Source: an uncultured archaeon (GTDB lineage Archaea > Asgardarchaeota > Lokiarchaeia > Sigyniarchaeales > SOKP01). Taken from it: 10,762 bases of DNA. Below are positions 7,195-10,762 of the stretch, piece after piece (positions within the stretch are counted from its first letter, which is position 1; each line of letters opens with the position of its first letter). Both the position numbers and the translations under genes were made by a program. Where the stretch lies: assembly GCA_964632315.1 (NCBI GenBank), contig CAZWEM010000079.1:1-10762 (forward strand). Direction: 5' to 3'. The notes beneath the pieces are model-generated. The model did not search any database, was not told the DNA's origin, and worked only from the letters and a program-made list of their open reading frames with translations.

Positions 7195-7258
7195 GGGACT
7201 TTAAGTCATGGGACGAGTCCCCCAATTTGGGGACACTCTCTTCCAGAATTTATATAAG
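7195..7258 (+). promoter_or_regulatory. TATA box with an upstream GGGAC/GTCCC palindrome cluster for the surface-protein gene
   Basis: TTTATATA at 7249-7256. GGGAC at 7195, 7210 and 7230, and GTCCC at 7217. Confidence 0.5.
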
Positions 7259-7318
7259 AGGGGATCGCATGATAATAAATATAATAAATGTAGGCAAAAA
7301 TCAATAGAGTGATAAAAA

Positions 7319-10300
7319 ATGAAACATAATAAACTCATGGTTAGCGTGCTCTTTCTCGCATTCTTGGGCCTTGCGTGCTCATTTGGCTGCTATAACTCTC
7401 CTTCTACAGATTCAGAAAGTTTAATTACAGAACCAGATCCCGAAACAAGCGCGGGAGAGATCAATATCACAACTCCAGAAACTAAGACGTATACTAGCCC
7501 CATGAGTGGATACTATCCTGGAACATACAGTTTTGATGATGAAATCAGTGGGTTATATGGTGATGCTATGGACTTTCTTGACGAATACCATGGCTCTTCC
7601 CCTAGTAGCTATTGTTATATTAGAACAATAACAAATTATGATGGACATATGAGTGAATTGCTCGTACAAGATGCGCAAGGTGGATCTTATACCTCTGGCA
7701 CTCATCACATTGATTCACCTCAATCTTCTGGGACTATAGAATTTTTATTGAATATCCATTTTGGTCTAGATAGCGGGTCCACTTTAAGAAGACAATACTT
7801 ATCTTTTCGAGCTTTTGATGGTACCATTGGGTTTAGAGCAATGATTGAAATTCATGATGGAGATATTTTATATTATGATGGATCAAATTGGCAAGAGATT
7901 GTATCTGGTTTAAATTATGTGGTTTGGTATCATCATTCGATTTCATTTAATTGTAATGGTGGCACAAACGGAAATTTCACTTGGATAGTCAGCAATGAAG
8001 AAGGAGAAGAAATTAGTAGAGTAGAAAACATAGAATTTGAAAATAAGTTGTCTTTAGTTGAAGAAATACATTTTGAATCCGTTCTTGGAGATTATGGAGG
8101 ACATTGCGTATATGATGCCTTTGGATTCAGTTGGGATCCAAATTATAATGTCGGTGATAATTTAAAAGAAGGATTACTTCTAAGTTATGATTCTAGTGTC
8201 AATTTTGATTGGCAGGGATATTCATTAGATGGTCAAACCAACAAAACTATAAATGGAAATTATACAATTCCATTGCCTTCAGATGGACAACATTATATTC
8301 AGGTGTTTGGAAATGATAGTTTAGGAACGATCTATGAGTCAGAGGTTCGTTACTTTGATGTAGATGCGAATCCAATTGATATTACCATAATTTCACCCCT
8401 TTCCAACGATCTTTTTCAGACGACGCCCCCCGATTTTGAGATTTTCATCGATGATCTTGATCTCAATGCCACGTGGTATTCAATAGACGGAGGAATTACA
8501 AGCATTCCATTTACTGGTTTTATTGGAACAATCGATCAAGTAGAATGGGATAAGATTTTTAATGGAACAGTTACCGTTGGCTTCTATGCCAACGATTCCG
8601 CGAATCGTATTAGTTATGAGTCCGTCACCGTTAGGAAGGATATCTTGGGGCCCATTATCACGGTGATTTCCCCTCAAGACGAAGACGTGCTTGGATTTAA
8701 TGCGCCTAATTATGCGTTATCAATAGAAGAATTCAATCTTGATGAAATTTGGTGTTCGTTGGATGATGGAATCACCACTTTTCCACTTTATGGTCTAATG
8801 GGAACCCTCAACCAAGGAGAGTGGGAAAAATTTCCAGCTGGAGAAATGAATATTCGATTTTATGCCAACGACAGCTTGGGTCATGAATCGTTCAGTGATG
8901 TAGTGGTTGAAAAAGATCTCACGTCTCCAGAGATATTTATCAATTCACTTGCTTACTTTACTAATAATATCTTCGGTGATTTTGCTCCCGATTATGACAT
9001 TACAATCATTGAGGGAAACTTGGACTCTTACTGGTACACGTTAGATAACGGTGAAACAAACATATCTATCAGTAGCTTTGCAGGTTCGTTCAATGAATTC
9101 GAATGGGACAAGCTTGGAAACGGAACATTGATTATTAAATTTTATGCGAGAGATGAGGCTGGAAATCTTGGATCTGTTTCAGCGTTAATCAGAAAGGATA
9201 TCATCGCCCCTATTATTGCCATTAATTCTCCCAATCAGTACGAATTATTTGGGACAGCGCCACCTGAGTTTGAGCTTTCCATACTTGAAGCGAATCTTCA
9301 ATCATCTTGGTATTCTCTTGATAGGGGTGTTACGACTTATCCCTTCACTGGATTAAGTGGAACAATAAATTTCGCAGAATGGAACAAATTTTCTAATGGA
9401 ACAGTGACGATAACCTTCTCAGCAGTCGACAGTTCGCTTTCACAAAATTACGCAGAAACATCGGTCATGGTTTATAAAGATGTCGTTGGTCCCATCATTG
9501 ACGTAATCAATCCTACTCAGAATGAGGTGTTTGGATCTGAAGCACCACAATATGAGTTGTTAATCGAGGAATTCCGTTTGGATTCCATTTGGTATTCCCT
9601 TGATTATGGAGTAACTGTGTTAGCTTTATCTTCTCTAACTGGAACTCTCGACCAAGCAGCATGGGAATCGAAAGGAGGTGGTACAGTACCAATCCGCTTT
9701 TATGCCAATGATAGTTTAGGACACGAATCCTTTATTGACGTGTTGGTTGTTAAAGATTTAATTCATCCCGTTGTAACCATAAATTCACCAAATAAGGGAG
9801 AAGTGTTCGGCTCGACTTCTCCTGATTATGATATCTCCATAATGGAATCTCACTTGGAGTCATACTGGTATACCATAGATGGTGGGACCACGAATATTAC
9901 GATAGGAAGCCTAACGGGAACAATCAGTCAAACGGAATGGAATAAAAAAGGAAATGGTACGGTCACGATTCGATTTTATGCCCGAGATGAAGGTGGTAAT
10001 GAAGCACATGCGGAATTGATGGTGAGAAAAGACATTAACGTGCCACTGATTAGCATCATTTCACCCAGCATATCAGATGTGACCGGTCATACTCCCCCAG
10101 ACTTCGAGTTATCGGTAACAGAACCTAATCTTGATTCCATGTGGTATACCTTGGATGATGGAACAACCACGTATCCTATATCAGCATTATCAGGGACTAT
10201 TGACTTAGCAGAGTGGAATAAGTTCGGAGAAGGAATGATCACGATTAAGTTCCATGCCGAAGATAGTGCCGGAAACCAAGCATTTTCCGAAGTACAAGTT

Positions 10301-10699
10301 GAAAAGGATTTAACCAAGCCGGTCATAACAATCAATAAACCAGAAATTGGAGATGTTTTCGAAGCGTTTTCTCCAATTTATAGCATTACAATTGATGAAA
10401 TAAATTTGCACTCCTATTGGTATTCATTGGACGGGGGTATTACAAATATTTCGATAACTGAACTTACTGGTACGATATCCGAAAACGAATGGATTGATCT
10501 CTCAAATGGCCATGTGACCCTTACGTTCTATGCGAAAGATGAAGGAGGAAATGTGGGGTCTGCTCACGTTTTGATCACCAAAAACGCTCCAGAAAAATCA
10601 ACACCGCCTCCAGCAATTCTGGGATACGATCTCTCTTTAATAATTGGAATTTTCAGCATAATTTCGATTTTAATCATTCGAAAGCGACTCAAATCCTAA
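7319..10699 (+). CDS. Large secreted cell-surface (glyco)protein with tandem Ig-like repeats and a Loki-CTERM-type C-terminal anchor
   Basis: Signal-peptide-like N-terminus, a beta-rich lectin/LamG-like region, then eight ~92-aa repeats (PxIxIxSP...WYSLDxG...FYAxDxxGN...KD). Many NxS/T sequons. The C-terminus is PPAILGY + TM helix + RKRLKS. Confidence 0.88.
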   Translation: MKHNKLMVSVLFLAFLGLACSFGCYNSPSTDSESLITEPDPETSAGEINITTPETKTYTSPMSGYYPGTYSFDDEISGLYGDAMDFLDEYHGSSPSSYCYIRTITNYDGHMSELLVQDAQGGSYTSGTHHIDSPQSSGTIEFLLNIHFGLDSGSTLRRQYLSFRAFDGTIGFRAMIEIHDGDILYYDGSNWQEIVSGLNYVVWYHHSISFNCNGGTNGNFTWIVSNEEGEEISRVENIEFENKLSLVEEIHFESVLGDYGGHCVYDAFGFSWDPNYNVGDNLKEGLLLSYDSSVNFDWQGYSLDGQTNKTINGNYTIPLPSDGQHYIQVFGNDSLGTIYESEVRYFDVDANPIDITIISPLSNDLFQTTPPDFEIFIDDLDLNATWYSIDGGITSIPFTGFIGTIDQVEWDKIFNGTVTVGFYANDSANRISYESVTVRKDILGPIITVISPQDEDVLGFNAPNYALSIEEFNLDEIWCSLDDGITTFPLYGLMGTLNQGEWEKFPAGEMNIRFYANDSLGHESFSDVVVEKDLTSPEIFINSLAYFTNNIFGDFAPDYDITIIEGNLDSYWYTLDNGETNISISSFAGSFNEFEWDKLGNGTLIIKFYARDEAGNLGSVSALIRKDIIAPIIAINSPNQYELFGTAPPEFELSILEANLQSSWYSLDRGVTTYPFTGLSGTINFAEWNKFSNGTVTITFSAVDSSLSQNYAETSVMVYKDVVGPIIDVINPTQNEVFGSEAPQYELLIEEFRLDSIWYSLDYGVTVLALSSLTGTLDQAAWESKGGGTVPIRFYANDSLGHESFIDVLVVKDLIHPVVTINSPNKGEVFGSTSPDYDISIMESHLESYWYTIDGGTTNITIGSLTGTISQTEWNKKGNGTVTIRFYARDEGGNEAHAELMVRKDINVPLISIISPSISDVTGHTPPDFELSVTEPNLDSMWYTLDDGTTTYPISALSGTIDLAEWNKFGEGMITIKFHAEDSAGNQAFSEVQVEKDLTKPVITINKPEIGDVFEAFSPIYSITIDEINLHSYWYSLDGGITNISITELTGTISENEWIDLSNGHVTLTFYAKDEGGNVGSAHVLITKNAPEKSTPPPAILGYDLSLIIGIFSIISILIIRKRLKS
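8372..10585 (+). repeat. Eight tandem ~276-nt intragenic Ig-like domain repeats
   Basis: Eight W[YC][ST][LI]DxG motifs, each paired with an F[YHS]AxD motif at regular spacing. Confidence 0.85.
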
Positions 10700-10722
10700 T
10701 TTTATCCATTTTTTTCTTTTTC
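10700..10722 (+). terminator. T-tract terminator
   Basis: ttttatccatttttttctttttc directly after the stop codon. Confidence 0.5.
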
Positions 10723-10762
10723 CAAATTAATTTCCTATCTGATTGGGGATTGGATCAATAAT

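Noticed and set aside
8480-10335. Minus-strand ORFs 8480-8677 and 10087-10335
   Set aside because: They are antisense to the surface-protein gene and have no independent coding signals.

Overview
The window looks like an Asgard archaeal region, probably Lokiarchaeia/Promethearchaeia. This is inferred from a Loki-CTERM-type anchor, a Rab-like GTPase, TATA-type promoters and T-tract terminators. It opens with the 3' end of acetyl-CoA synthetase (acs). About 4.5 kb of AT-rich accessory DNA follows: a membrane-anchored beta-helix protein, two back-to-back VapBC-type (PIN) toxin-antitoxin pairs, an unlisted small NQLNPNN-repeat ORF, and a frameshifted Rab-like GTPase with degenerate G-motifs. Next come a divergent Gfo/Idh/MocA oxidoreductase and cyclase pair, and a 1126-aa surface protein with Ig-like repeats. 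The main unexplained structure is two displaced copies of the acs 3' end (2488-2526 and 3363-3410). They differ from the live gene almost only at synonymous positions, lie between the cargo modules, and bracket TA pair 1 in circularly permuted order. This suggests repeated capture or integration of small modules at the acs 3' end. No integrase is visible in the window.
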